Part shown: positions 49,504-60,214 of the stretch, one piece after another
How positions within the stretch are numbered: position 1 is the stretch's first letter
Layout: every line of letters begins with the position of its first letter
Assembly (NCBI GenBank): GCA_016125385.1
Contig: WGLV01000021.1
Span: 31,429 to 95,428, forward strand
Source of the DNA: a bacterium
GTDB taxonomy: Bacteria; Hinthialibacterota; Hinthialibacteria; Hinthialibacterales; Hinthialibacteraceae
Direction of reading: 5' to 3'
DNA: 64,000 nt
Made by a program: the position numbers and the translations under genes
The notes under the pieces: generated by a model
Database searches by the model: none
Seen by the model: the letters and a program-made list of their open reading frames with translations, nothing else
Told to the model about the DNA's origin: nothing

Positions 49504-52500
49504 TTACCGGGCGCGGGCTTCACGCGCGGGGATGCGAATCTCCACATCGCGCATGACCGGCGAGACGAAATCGGCGCCGGTCAGGCCGAACTGAGCCTGA
49601 AACTGGAGATAGTCGCCCTGGCCGCTGATGCGCATTTCACCCTCGGCGCCCTCGGTTTTTTTGGCCCAGGGGAAGTACTGAAGCGAGCCATCAGGCTGTC
49701 TCATCACCCAGCGCCCCCAGAGTTGAAGCGAGGCCGTCTCGGGGATGTCGGCGTCCCACGTGATGACGGCCGGTTTTCCGCCGGAGCCTTCCGCCGGATA
49801 AAGCGGCGAGATGTAGAGCGCGCTGACGGGCGCGCCCGGCGCGCGGATGAAGCGCACATCGGACACGCTGGTTGAATATGGCCCCGGCACGGCTTTGAAA
49901 TCGATGGTGAAATAATCGCTGAGCAGCCGCTGGGCGCCAAGCGAATAAAAACCATCATCGCCGCCGTCTTTGACGTGTTCGATGATTTTGTACTCTTGAT
50001 CGTTGGCGGTTTTCACCGCGATTTTCGCCGATTCGCCTTTGTCATACGCCGAGCTGTACAGCCTGACGGAGGTGTTATACACCCCCTGCGGCGTGGGCAG
50101 GCTGGCCTGAAGGACGGTATCTTTGCCCGTGGGGGTGACGAACAGATTGAAGCGGGTGAACCACATCCATTTGTCGCTGGACGAACTTAACCCAAAAAGG
50201 TCCTGATTGGCGACGAAGGCTGGAGCGACGCGTTGGCGAAACTCCATCACGCCGGGAATCAGCACGAGCCCCTCGAGTTTTTCGTCAAAGGTCAGGAACT
50301 CCATCTCACCGGCGGTGAAGTGGTCCTGATCGGTCACCGAGTAGACCCGTTCACGATTGACGATGGGCGCGGCGGGCATCTGCAGTTTGACGTCGAGCCG
50401 TTTGACCAGCGAGGCGTTATTGTTCTCGCCCGATTCTTCATCCTTTTCAGCGATCAGGTCGTATTTATCCACCTCAATCGAAAGCGTGTTTTTGCTGGAG
50501 ACCAGCGGCGTTTCAAATTCCGTTTCAGCAACGACGTTTCGCGGCACGCGGTCGAAGAAATGGATCAGTTCATTCTGATTCAACATCAGCGAAAGCCGGA
50601 CATAGGTCGCGTCTGAATCGCCCATGTTGCGAGTGCGGGCGTGAATCAGAAGAGGATCGCCCCAGATGGGAATCGGTTTCGGATCGCCCAGTTCCATCGA
50701 ATGATCGAGCCAGGCGTCGACCTGAAGATCGGGCAAACCGGCCAGATTCACCGAAGTGGTGATTCGATTATTGGTCTCGTCGAGCTCTTTGATTCCATCA
50801 TTGGGGTCGACGACGATGGAAATCTGGTTCGCGCCCAATCCGTCGTACGCGTCCGGATCCCAGACCAGTTCGATCTCTTTGCGCTCGCCGGGTTCCAGCC
50901 GGTCGATCACCGAACGCTGCGACTTATGAAACGGGAGCAGGCGTTTTTTCTCAGCCGGATCGCCGAGAAACGCTTCGACGCGCACGTCGTCAGCCGACCC
51001 GTCGCCGACGTTATAAACGTTGGTTTTGAAATAGACCGTATGCCCCACCTCGGGGCGATCGGGCTTAATCACAAGATCGCCCTCGGCCAACGCCAGGTCG
51101 GGCTTGCCCAGAACCTCGAACGCCATCGGGAACTCTTTCGCGTAGCCTCCCTCCGCCGTCACATTCAAAACGTAACTCGCGGTTCCGGCTTCTTCAGGCA
51201 ACTGGACGATAAAGTCAAGCGACTTGTCGACGTTGGGCTCCAGCGTAACGCTCTGTACCGCATCAGCCGCGCCGGGGCCGGTCAACCATGCGTTCAGGCT
51301 GGCGGGTCCGGAATCGCCGGTGTTGACGAACGGCAGACGCATGCGAACCGATGAGCCTTCGATCAGGTCATTCGTGTTAAAACTCACCGCGCCGGTTAAC
51401 GGAGTAACGGGATAATCGGGCTGATCAAGCATGACGCGCAGCGAATCTTTACCCCGGACCGATTTCAACCCGAGGTATGGATCGTCTTCCATCCTGACGA
51501 AAGCAAAGCGAGAGCCTTCGGGGATTTCTCCGCGCCATTCCACGTCAACGGTCGATTCGGCGGGGATATCGGCGATGGAGACGTACTGCGTCTCGCCGGA
51601 ATCGATGCGCAGTTTGCATTCGGCCTGATGAACGGGGAACCGCGTCGGGTTGGCGGCCTGAAATACAACGACGGTTTCACTTCCGTCACGGCTGGCCGCA
51701 CCGCCCGAGATTTCAATTTGCGGTTCATACAGCGGAAGCGTCACCGCGCCCCACGCGTCGGCGCGCCGCGATTCGTTCCAGGCGTACACGCGGATCGCGG
51801 CGGTGGAAGCGTTCAGGTTCGACGCCTGACCGGTGAAGGTATGACGAATGGGCAGCGAATCGAACACGAACGGTTTGCTCTCGTACACGGTTTCGTGACC
51901 GTCCGACATCGAGACGATCGCCATACCGGTCGTGAACGTGATGTCGTCCGCGCTGACGGCGAACTGCTGCTCTTCGTCCGCATAGTAATAAGGTTGATCG
52001 ACGCTGACATTGAGATGCTCTTCGGGTTGATTGATTTCGACCGCCGGATCGCCGAAGAGAATGTACTGATCGACCAGGTCGGTATTGGTGTAGGTCTGCA
52101 TGAACTCGGTTTTGCAGAAAGTAGTGGCTTCGCCGAGCCTCGTGACGCCGTCTTCAAACAGCAGGCGCATGAGGGTATGCGAGAGAATCATGTGCTGGTC
52201 GGTGGTTCCGCCGCCGCTGGGTCCCCACACCGCGATGCCGCCGCGATCGGGATAGCGCATCAGTTCTTCAGACAGGCAGACGTGAAACGGCGGACGATTG
52301 TAATTGAGCAACCCGGTCAGGCACGACCAGCTGAGAATAAAGGGAAAACGATCGTTGGGTTGCAGCTCGAGGACGTTGCTGGTGGGGCGCTCGGTTCCGT
52401 AGAAGATGCGCTCATGCGACCACAACTGGTTTCCGCCGTGGCCAATGTATTGCATCAGCAGCATGCCCTGATTCATGTGATCGAGAATGGAGAGGGTACA

Positions 52501-54936
52501 TTCAGGGCAATATTTTTTATTGGTGTATTCCTTCGCCTCGGGCGAGTCGTCATGCACGAAGCGGTGATACAGATACGGATTGGTGACCTCGGGATACTCG
52601 ATCTGATCGATGAACGCGTTTTCGATAAACGGCGGTACGCTGTCGCGCGCCTGTTCGGCGGCGTAGCGCTCGAACGAGTCGTCGCTGATGAACAGATTGC
52701 GCGCCTTCCAGGGGCCGACGGGCGCGTCGTATTCGTAGGTCAACACCTTCTGGATGTAGTTCGAGACTTCCTGGGGAGTGCGCACCGAGATGCGGCCCAG
52801 GATCACGTCGTAATAATAATCGTCGCCGGCGCCCCACAACATTCCGTAATATTCATCGGAGGCGAAACGCTGAGGATCGTTCAGCGGCGCGTAGGTGGGG
52901 ATCTGGTCGGTCATGCCGCCGCCTTCATTATCGCGGTGATCCCACGATGAGTCGCCGACGAAAACCACGAACTCGGGCGACAATCCCGTCCAGCGCGATT
53001 GAGCGTATTGAAGAAAACGCTTGATGGCGTCGAAGTCGGGGTAGCCATAGTTGAATTCATCGTAGATGTCCTGCACGTCGATCAGCTGAACGGAAAACCC
53101 TTCATCCGCGCGGTGTTGAGCGAGCACGCGCGCGCTCTCAAGCAGTTTGTGATAGGCGATGACGAGGTAGTTCGCCCCCTGATCGGCGCGATGCAGCGAC
53201 GAGGGGTAATCGAGATCGACGGTATACGGCCGCGGAACGCGATCGTCGCGCTCGATGACGAGAAAATCCCAGTCGCCGCCGGGCGCCTGAACGGGTTCGT
53301 CTTTCTGCATGACGGGAAGACGCAGCCATCCTGACAATTGCTCGTCCTTAACGGCGAATACGCTGGCTGAAACGCGCGTCGTCAGGCGAGCCACGCCCAG
53401 CTGAAAGGCGGCGGGCCGGTTCTCACCGCTTTCGACCACGATGGGGGTCTGCAACAGGCTGACCGTGCGCGGGTAATCGACGGTCAATCGATCGAAGAAC
53501 AGGTGAGGAATATCGCCGACTTTATCGCTGCCGCCGGCGGCCAGCTCATCGACGGGTTCGGGCTTTTTGTCGAGCCGAACCGCCAGCGTGGCGTTTTCAG
53601 CCACGCCCGAGGCGGGGACGACGAAGACGGCGGTGGTCGCCTCTTCAGGCCGGGCGTGGAAGTATTTTTTTTCGCCCGCCAGTTCCAGCGTAAAGCCGGG
53701 CAAGTCGCGCATTTTGTTATAGGTGTCGATCTTGATGACGATGTCGCCCTGGGGCGCGATTCCAGTCAGCGCGAGCGGGATGACGGTATCCTGCTCTTTC
53801 ATCTGGATGGCGTACCAGTCAAACGAACGCAGCCCTTTTTTGACGAGAATTTTGTCGCCGCCCTTTTCAAGGCTCGACCGGACGATTTCTTCTCCGCTTT
53901 GCGCGGCCCGCGCCTCCTGGGGTTCGATGCGCAACGGCGGCTCGGGATTGGGCGACCAGGTCAGAAAATACTGGCTGTACTGGGTAAAAGCCGAGTCGGA
54001 AGCCTTGCTGAAAAAATAGACGGCGTCTTTCTGATTCAACACGCCGTCGCCATTCTCATCCTGAACGGCGGCGGGCTGCTGAACGCCGCGCAGCCAGACG
54101 CGCACCTCGTCGAGTTTAACCACAGCGGGGTCGAGCCCCTGCTTTTTAAGATCGATCGGTCTGACCGCCACCACGCCGGCGCCAGACGTCAACACGCGGA
54201 CGCCATCGGTTCGAGGCGCGGGGTCTTTTTCAATCCAACCCGGCGCGGGCGCGTTTTCATCATACTGCAACACGGCCGGAGCGAAGCCCGCCGCCGCGTC
54301 TTCATCAGAAATCGAGCGTTTGCGGCGCAGCCCGGGCGTATCGGCGCCATTGATGCACATCTCGCGGAACAGGCGTGAATAGCCCGCGTCGAGACTGGAT
54401 CGCTGCGATGGAGCGGGCGCGCCGTTTTCCGTCCAACGGACGTCGAACACCACCCAGGCAAGGTTAACCTTGTCTCGCTTGTAGGCCGGCTCGGTGGCCG
54501 AGTTGGGCGCGTCGGACGACGGTTTGACGGATACGTCAAGAATATCGAGTTCCTGAAACTGCTTGCGGGCGGTCTCGATCGCGTCTTTCAGCAATTCGGC
54601 GCCGTCATCGGATGATGCCGGATTGTTTTCTTCTTTTATATACGGAACGGATCGGCCATCACGGCCATCGACCGTAAAATTCCAGCCAACAGCCTGCACT
54701 TCCACCGTCGCGCCAACGGGAACGCCCACGTAAATCGAAGACTCCCGATTGGCGTACGACGGGTCTTCAAGACGAGTATAACGGATCAGCGCGTGGCTCT
54801 CGCTGGAGGCCAGCAGTTCAAATTCTGGTTTGTTGGCGGGTGAAAAATCGTTTTTCGTGCGATAAGCATACGATGTACCGACAAACAGGCAAAAGAGGCT
54901 CAATGTCAGGGCCGCTCGGGTGATCGACAATCTCAT
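49504..54936 (-). CDS. Large secreted peptidase C25 (gingipain/PorU-like) with CARDB/Ig-like domains, ~1810 aa
   Basis: Signal peptide from MRLSIT; VQDIYDEF, FVGD, SDEYY, GRISV, YIGHG (His), SWSC (Cys), LFGDPA; CARDB motifs PDL and VDP..IKELDETNN. Confidence 0.85.
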   Translation of the reverse strand: MRLSITRAALTLSLFCLFVGTSYAYRTKNDFSPANKPEFELLASSESHALIRYTRLEDPSYANRESSIYVGVPVGATVEVQAVGWNFTVDGRDGRSVPYIKEENNPASSDDGAELLKDAIETARKQFQELDILDVSVKPSSDAPNSATEPAYKRDKVNLAWVVFDVRWTENGAPAPSQRSSLDAGYSRLFREMCINGADTPGLRRKRSISDEDAAAGFAPAVLQYDENAPAPGWIEKDPAPRTDGVRVLTSGAGVVAVRPIDLKKQGLDPAVVKLDEVRVWLRGVQQPAAVQDENGDGVLNQKDAVYFFSKASDSAFTQYSQYFLTWSPNPEPPLRIEPQEARAAQSGEEIVRSSLEKGGDKILVKKGLRSFDWYAIQMKEQDTVIPLALTGIAPQGDIVIKIDTYNKMRDLPGFTLELAGEKKYFHARPEEATTAVFVVPASGVAENATLAVRLDKKPEPVDELAAGGSDKVGDIPHLFFDRLTVDYPRTVSLLQTPIVVESGENRPAAFQLGVARLTTRVSASVFAVKDEQLSGWLRLPVMQKDEPVQAPGGDWDFLVIERDDRVPRPYTVDLDYPSSLHRADQGANYLVIAYHKLLESARVLAQHRADEGFSVQLIDVQDIYDEFNYGYPDFDAIKRFLQYAQSRWTGLSPEFVVFVGDSSWDHRDNEGGGMTDQIPTYAPLNDPQRFASDEYYGMLWGAGDDYYYDVILGRISVRTPQEVSNYIQKVLTYEYDAPVGPWKARNLFISDDSFERYAAEQARDSVPPFIENAFIDQIEYPEVTNPYLYHRFVHDDSPEAKEYTNKKYCPECTLSILDHMNQGMLLMQYIGHGGNQLWSHERIFYGTERPTSNVLELQPNDRFPFILSWSCLTGLLNYNRPPFHVCLSEELMRYPDRGGIAVWGPSGGGTTDQHMILSHTLMRLLFEDGVTRLGEATTFCKTEFMQTYTNTDLVDQYILFGDPAVEINQPEEHLNVSVDQPYYYADEEQQFAVSADDITFTTGMAIVSMSDGHETVYESKPFVFDSLPIRHTFTGQASNLNASTAAIRVYAWNESRRADAWGAVTLPLYEPQIEISGGAASRDGSETVVVFQAANPTRFPVHQAECKLRIDSGETQYVSIADIPAESTVDVEWRGEIPEGSRFAFVRMEDDPYLGLKSVRGKDSLRVMLDQPDYPVTPLTGAVSFNTNDLIEGSSVRMRLPFVNTGDSGPASLNAWLTGPGAADAVQSVTLEPNVDKSLDFIVQLPEEAGTASYVLNVTAEGGYAKEFPMAFEVLGKPDLALAEGDLVIKPDRPEVGHTVYFKTNVYNVGDGSADDVRVEAFLGDPAEKKRLLPFHKSQRSVIDRLEPGERKEIELVWDPDAYDGLGANQISIVVDPNDGIKELDETNNRITTSVNLAGLPDLQVDAWLDHSMELGDPKPIPIWGDPLLIHARTRNMGDSDATYVRLSLMLNQNELIHFFDRVPRNVVAETEFETPLVSSKNTLSIEVDKYDLIAEKDEESGENNNASLVKRLDVKLQMPAAPIVNRERVYSVTDQDHFTAGEMEFLTFDEKLEGLVLIPGVMEFRQRVAPAFVANQDLFGLSSSSDKWMWFTRFNLFVTPTGKDTVLQASLPTPQGVYNTSVRLYSSAYDKGESAKIAVKTANDQEYKIIEHVKDGGDDGFYSLGAQRLLSDYFTIDFKAVPGPYSTSVSDVRFIRAPGAPVSALYISPLYPAEGSGGKPAVITWDADIPETASLQLWGRWVMRQPDGSLQYFPWAKKTEGAEGEMRISGQGDYLQFQAQFGLTGADFVSPVMRDVEIRIPAREARAR

Positions 54937-55147
54937 TGTTTCGCTTCCAGTCTCCCCTGATTGGTCTTGATTGAGGATTTCAACGTTCTTATTCCGGCGT
55001 GGAACGCCGCGGCGCGTTGAAAACCGCTGGTTGCAGGGTATCAAATCGATTCAAAGATCCGCGAGAGGCCTTCTCCTCCCACAACTGACGTCGCCCTCCC
55101 TTTCGTGAATTCACCGGAGATCGCGGCCCGGTCAGGCATCGTCCCGG

Positions 55148-56221
55148 TCAGGAACAAACGCAATCCGGTTCGCGTTGCATCGCGATGGGTAAAAGCCCTT
55201 CCGTTTCAGGGAATCCCATGCGGACGTTCATATTCTGCACCGCCTGCCCCGCCGCGCCCTTCACCAGATTGTCTTCCGCCGAAGCGAAGATCACCTCGCC
55301 AGTGACGGCGTCTTGATGCAGCGAAATATCGACGAAATTGGAGCCGCGCACGGCATGCAGAGTCGGCGTCTCACCCAAGGGGTATAAACGAACGAACGGC
55401 TCGCCCCGATACGCCTCGTCATATAGCGCCCACAGGTCTTTCAGCGATATCTCTTTCGCTTTCGCCGCGAAGATCGTGTAAAAAATTCCACGCTGCAAGG
55501 GCAGCAGGTGAGGCACGAACGATAGCGAAACCGGTTTTTCGACCGCACGGCGCAGTACGCTGACGATCTCGGGCAGGTGTTGATGTTTGCCGATGCGGTA
55601 CGCGTAAAAATTCTGATCGAGCTCGGGATGATGTAGATTCTGTTTGGGTTTTTTGCCCGCGCCGGTCACGCCTGAAGCCGCGCTGATATGGACGCCCTCG
55701 TGTTTAAGCGCGCCCGATTTGAGCCCCGGATAGAGACTCAGAATCGCGCCAGTAGGGTAACAGCCGGGGTTGGCGATCAGATTCGCGCCTCGCACCTTGC
55801 CGCGAAACAGCTCGGGCAAGCCATACACCGCCTCGGCGCACAACCCGGGCGCGGTGTGTTCGCCTTCATACCAGCCCGTGCGCTCGGCGGGGTCGTTAAA
55901 GCGGAAATCGGCGGAAAGATCGATGGTCACGCATCCGGTTTGATGATACGCCGGGACGATCTCCATCGCCGCTCCATGCGGCGTGCAGACGAACACCACC
56001 TCGGCGCCGCCTTCACCGGGGACCTCTTTCGTCACCGGAACGGGAACCATCCCCCGCAACGCCGGCCAGAAGGTGTGTATCGGCTCGGGGCCGGTCACGC
56101 TCGACGCCGTGATGGCGGTGATTTCAACACGGGGATGATTGAGCAGCAGCGAAATCAGTTCGCCGCCGGAATACCCGGTGGCGCCCACGATTTTGACCTT
56201 GCATCTGGATGCGGCGTTCAT
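55148..56221 (-). CDS. argC: N-acetyl-gamma-glutamyl-phosphate reductase
   Basis: GATGYSG, DLSADFR, ANPGCYPT, DNLVKGAAGQAVQN. Confidence 0.95.
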   Translation of the reverse strand: MNAASRCKVKIVGATGYSGGELISLLLNHPRVEITAITASSVTGPEPIHTFWPALRGMVPVPVTKEVPGEGGAEVVFVCTPHGAAMEIVPAYHQTGCVTIDLSADFRFNDPAERTGWYEGEHTAPGLCAEAVYGLPELFRGKVRGANLIANPGCYPTGAILSLYPGLKSGALKHEGVHISAASGVTGAGKKPKQNLHHPELDQNFYAYRIGKHQHLPEIVSVLRRAVEKPVSLSFVPHLLPLQRGIFYTIFAAKAKEISLKDLWALYDEAYRGEPFVRLYPLGETPTLHAVRGSNFVDISLHQDAVTGEVIFASAEDNLVKGAAGQAVQNMNVRMGFPETEGLLPIAMQREPDCVCS

Positions 56222-56471
56222 ATTCGTCGTCTCGTCGTCTTTCACAGAATCACGCGGCTCAGTATACCGAAGCGGATTCAGGCTGTCAAAATTCGCCGGG
56301 GCATGCGGCGGCCGGTGATTCTCTCATTGTCCCCTCAAGAAGCGGAATCGCCAAGCGTTGATGAAGGGGGCTTACCGGAAGAGTGGATTTGCGTCACGCG
56401 CGCGCCTCTGATATCCTCAATGATTCAATGGACCTATTTCGATCCAACCTATCTTCAGGAGAACCGGTATC

Positions 56472-57017
56472 ATGAAACGACTCGCCCTGCTCAGCGCCTT
56501 TCTGATGGTATTCACCACTCTCGCCAAGGCGGCTCCCGATGAATTTTCCAGCAAGACCGTCCTGATCGGCATGATCGTGAGCGACATGGACGCCTCGGTC
56601 AAATTTTATAAGGACGTGGTCGGCTTTACGGAATATGAAGGTTTTTCGGTCGACGCCGATTTTGGCGAACGCTCGGGCCTGACCGATTCGCTGCCGTTGA
56701 CGGTGCGCGTGTTTAAACTCGGGCCCGGCGCCGATGCGACTCAATTGAAACTGATTGAATTTAAAGAAAAAGCCCAGAAGCAGCAAAACGATTTCATCCA
56801 CAGCCATACCGGCGTTCAGTATCTCACCATCCGCGTGACTGAATTGCAGCCGATTCTGGACCGGATCAAGAAGAACAACGTCAAAATGCTGGGCAAAACG
56901 CCGATTGAACTCTCAGGCCGCGATATGTTCGTCTTGATCAAAGACCCCGACGGTACATTCGTTGAGCTGATCGGCCCGTTGACCGCGAAAAAACGGTTTG
57001 ATTCGGTGTTTAAATAG
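56472..57017 (+). CDS. Exported VOC/glyoxalase family protein
   Basis: Signal peptide, VSDMDASVKFY..VVGF, KDPDG.FVEL. Confidence 0.82.
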   Translation: MKRLALLSAFLMVFTTLAKAAPDEFSSKTVLIGMIVSDMDASVKFYKDVVGFTEYEGFSVDADFGERSGLTDSLPLTVRVFKLGPGADATQLKLIEFKEKAQKQQNDFIHSHTGVQYLTIRVTELQPILDRIKKNNVKMLGKTPIELSGRDMFVLIKDPDGTFVELIGPLTAKKRFDSVFK

Positions 57018-58020
57018 ACCGTTCCACCGCGCCGAGGCCGGGCCGGTTGGGAAGCGTCAGCCGGCCCGCCTCCATGCGCATTCCCTCGAAGGGGTCATCG
57101 CTCAACAAGGCGGCGCCGTCGAGATCGGCGTAATCAGCCAGCGGAGCCAGTTGGGCGGCGGCTGAAATCGCCAGCGAACTCTCCAGCATACACCCCAGCA
57201 GAACTTTCAACCCGCACGCCCGGGCGCGCTCGATGCAGCGGCGTCCCGGCCCCAGCCCCCCGCATTTGGCCAGTTTGACATTGATTCCATCAGCGCGGCC
57301 CGCCCAGCGCTCGACATCTTCAGGCCCCTGTACCCCTTCGTCCACGAAAAGTGGGATTCCGGTGCGATTGGCTTCGAACAGCCGCGCATATCCATCGAGA
57401 TCGGCGCGCGGCAACGGCTGTTCAAGCAACTCGACGCCCAGGCGCTTGAGTTCGGGCAGGCGGGCAATGGTTTCGTCGAGCGTCCACCCCTCGTTGGCGT
57501 CGATGTAGATCGACTGACTCGATCTCTCACGGATCGCTTCGAGTATCGCCACGTCGTCCACGCCGCCGAGTTTGACTTTAATGATGGGGTATTCGTTAAC
57601 CCGCTCGATTTTTTGCAGCATGACATCCAGAGAATCGAGGCCGATGGTGAACGATGAAAGCGGTACGGCGGTGGAATCGAGCCCCCAGAGTTCATGCAGC
57701 GGCTTTTTTTCGCGCTTGCCCCATGCGTCGTACAGAGCCAGGTCGACCGCCTCAGCCAGCGCGGTTTCGCCCGGATGACGCGCGAGCACCAGGCTCGCCG
57801 CTTCGGCTGGATCGGCGGCGGCGAGGTCCGGCGGCAGCGCACGCGCCAGAGCCAGCATGTCTTCGGCGTTCTGCCCCTTGTAATAGATGGGCGCGCCTTC
57901 GCCAAGGCCTTCTCCACAGCGGATGAACAGATTGCTTACCGCGCGGCGCGTTCCGCGCGACAGCCCGAAGGGGTCGCGGGTGTGGAGTTCACGCAATGTA
58001 CATTCAAACGAAAACGTCAT
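57010..58020 (-). CDS. Dipeptide epimerase (enolase superfamily, L-Ala-D/L-Glu epimerase-like)
   Basis: SSFTIG, IKVKLG, DANEGW, EQP, DE, NVKLAKCGG, GCMLES, DLDG. Confidence 0.88.
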   Translation of the reverse strand: MTFSFECTLRELHTRDPFGLSRGTRRAVSNLFIRCGEGLGEGAPIYYKGQNAEDMLALARALPPDLAAADPAEAASLVLARHPGETALAEAVDLALYDAWGKREKKPLHELWGLDSTAVPLSSFTIGLDSLDVMLQKIERVNEYPIIKVKLGGVDDVAILEAIRERSSQSIYIDANEGWTLDETIARLPELKRLGVELLEQPLPRADLDGYARLFEANRTGIPLFVDEGVQGPEDVERWAGRADGINVKLAKCGGLGPGRRCIERARACGLKVLLGCMLESSLAISAAAQLAPLADYADLDGAALLSDDPFEGMRMEAGRLTLPNRPGLGAVERSI

Positions 58021-58088
58021 GAGGGGATTCCCTGATTGGATAGGGATGTTTTTTCAGACCGATCAGAATCAGAAAAGGCGTTTAACAG

Positions 58089-58262
58089 CAGGGGCGGGTA
58101 TAAACCCGCCCCTGTTAATCTTTGAACTTCCCCCGTTTTGGGGGAGGAAACCCCTTTTGATCCCGCCTGCGTCGGCGACCAACGGGAGCGCTTGATGCGT
58201 ACAACCCAAAACCGGGCGGCGGGCACTGCCCGCCCAACGGGCGCGCTTGAAGCGCACAACCT
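58089..58262 (-). repeat. Composite mosaic repeat, copy C (short)
   Basis: REP at 58089-58114, CTTCCCCCGTTTTGGGGGAG hairpin, GCGACCAACGGGAGCG core, GCGGGCACTGCCCGC hairpin. Confidence 0.8.
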
Positions 58263-58267
58263 GAATA

Positions 58268-59206
58268 CTAGCCCTGGGCGTTGGCCACGAATTGCTCGGC
58301 GGTTTCGGCGATGCCTTCGGCGTCGATCTTGTGGGCGCGGTACATATCTTCCGGCGTGCCCGATTCGCCGAACACGTCGAGAACGCCCCAGCGCTTGAGT
58401 TTGGCGGGCGCCCCCTCGGCGATGACCTCGGCCACGGCTGAACCCAGGCCGCCGATGATGCTGTGATCTTCCACCGTCATGAGCAGGCCGGTTTCGCGCG
58501 CGCATTTCGCGATGAGCTCGGCGTCGAACGGCTTGATGGTGTGGATGTTCACCACGCGGGCGTCGACGCCGCGCGCGGCGAGCAAGCCTTTCGCCTTGAG
58601 CGCGTGCGCCACGGTGCCGCCGGTGGCGATCAGCGTCAGGCCGGAGCCATCAGCCAGCGTAACGCCCTTGCCGACTTGAAACTCGTACGATGAATCGTTG
58701 ACGTCATCGAGTTTCTGGCGGGTAAGGCGAAGATAAACCGGGCCCTGATGTTCGGCGGCGAATTTCACCGCCTGGCGGGTTTCGATATCGTCGGCGGGCT
58801 GGATCACCACCATGCCGGGGAGAGAACGCATCAGCCCGAGGTCTTCGAGGCCCATCTGGCTGTGGCCGTCTTCACCGATGCCCACGCCGGCGTGCGTTCC
58901 GACGATCTTCACATTGGCGCGCGAATACGCGATGGAAATGCGGATGGTATCAAAGCGCCCCGAGATAAAGCAGGCGAAACTGCACACAAAAGGAACCTTG
59001 CCGGTCAACGCCATGCCCGCGCCCGCGCCCAGCATATTGGCTTCAGAGATGCCGAACTCAAAAAAGCGCTCGGGAAATTTTTCAGCGAAGTGACACGACA
59101 TCGTCGATTTGCTGAGGTCGGCGTCACACACCACGATGTTGGGATGACTCTCGCCCAGTTCAGCCAGCGCGAGTCCGAAGGATTGTCTTGATGCCACACT
59201 TGCCAT
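58268..59206 (-). CDS. Transketolase, C-terminal (pyrimidine-binding) subunit
   Basis: DADLSKST, FGISEANM, GEDGHSQ, VEDH..IGGLG. Confidence 0.92.
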   Translation of the reverse strand: MASVASRQSFGLALAELGESHPNIVVCDADLSKSTMSCHFAEKFPERFFEFGISEANMLGAGAGMALTGKVPFVCSFACFISGRFDTIRISIAYSRANVKIVGTHAGVGIGEDGHSQMGLEDLGLMRSLPGMVVIQPADDIETRQAVKFAAEHQGPVYLRLTRQKLDDVNDSSYEFQVGKGVTLADGSGLTLIATGGTVAHALKAKGLLAARGVDARVVNIHTIKPFDAELIAKCARETGLLMTVEDHSIIGGLGSAVAEVIAEGAPAKLKRWGVLDVFGESGTPEDMYRAHKIDAEGIAETAEQFVANAQG

Positions 59207-59239
59207 GATCTCGTTCCCGTTCGATAAATTGGTTTGGTT

Positions 59240-60073
59240 TTACGCCGCCGACAATTCTTTAACCGCCGCCTCACACTGCTCGGCGGTCGGCGCTTTGCCG
59301 TGCCAGGTGTAATTGTTAGCCATAAACGAAACGCCCTGCCCCTTGATGGTTTTGGCCCAGATCAGGGTGGGGCGGCCTTTGGTCTGTTTCGCTTCGTCAA
59401 ACGCCGCCAGAATCTGCTCCATGTCATGGCCGTTGATGGCGATGACATGCCAGTTAAACGAGCGCCACTTGGCGTCGATGGGGTCGAGCGGCATAACCTC
59501 GTTAACGTAGCCGTCGATCTGGCCGTTGTTATTATCGAGCACGACCGTCAGGTTATCGACGCCGAATTTTCCAGCGGCGAGGGCGGCCTCCCAGATCTGG
59601 CCTTCCTGCGATTCGCCGTCGCCGATAGCGCAATAGACCCGCCAGTCCGCGTTGTCCATCTTGCCGGCCATCGCCATGCCCAGCGCGATCGACATGCCCT
59701 GCCCAAGCGAACCCGAGGCGGCCTCAATGCAATCGAGCTTGGCGCAATCGGGGTGTCCCTGCAGACGCGATCCGAATTCCCGCAGCGTCATCAGTTCTTC
59801 TTCAGGAAAATAACCCGCCTGCGCCAGCGCCGAATACCACGCCGGGACGCAATGGCCCTTCGACATGATGAAGCGGTCGCGATCGGCCCATCGCGGGGTG
59901 CGAGGATCATGGCGCATCACGCCGAACATCAGGGCGGAGCAGATATCCGCGATGGAGAGCGAGCCGCCGGGATGCCCCGATTTGGCCTTGGCGATCATCT
60001 TCAAACTATGAATTCGGATCTGGTTGGCGTGCTTTTTAAGCACATCGATGTCACGCGTGAGTGGATACGCCAT
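59240..60073 (-). CDS. Transketolase, N-terminal (TPP-binding) subunit
   Basis: SGHPGGSLS, SKGH, LQGHP, GSLGQG, GDGESQEG, DNN. Confidence 0.93.
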   Translation of the reverse strand: MAYPLTRDIDVLKKHANQIRIHSLKMIAKAKSGHPGGSLSIADICSALMFGVMRHDPRTPRWADRDRFIMSKGHCVPAWYSALAQAGYFPEEELMTLREFGSRLQGHPDCAKLDCIEAASGSLGQGMSIALGMAMAGKMDNADWRVYCAIGDGESQEGQIWEAALAAGKFGVDNLTVVLDNNNGQIDGYVNEVMPLDPIDAKWRSFNWHVIAINGHDMEQILAAFDEAKQTKGRPTLIWAKTIKGQGVSFMANNYTWHGKAPTAEQCEAAVKELSAA

Positions 60074-60214
60074 GATGAACCCTTCGTCTGAGTTTTTTCT
60101 TTTACGAATAAATGGAACGCTCAGTATAGTTTTTCCAGCCTGAAAATAAAACGTCCACAGTGTTCAGGCCACGTTAGAAACGTCCCGCAAGAATATTTTT
60201 CAGCCGGACCAACC

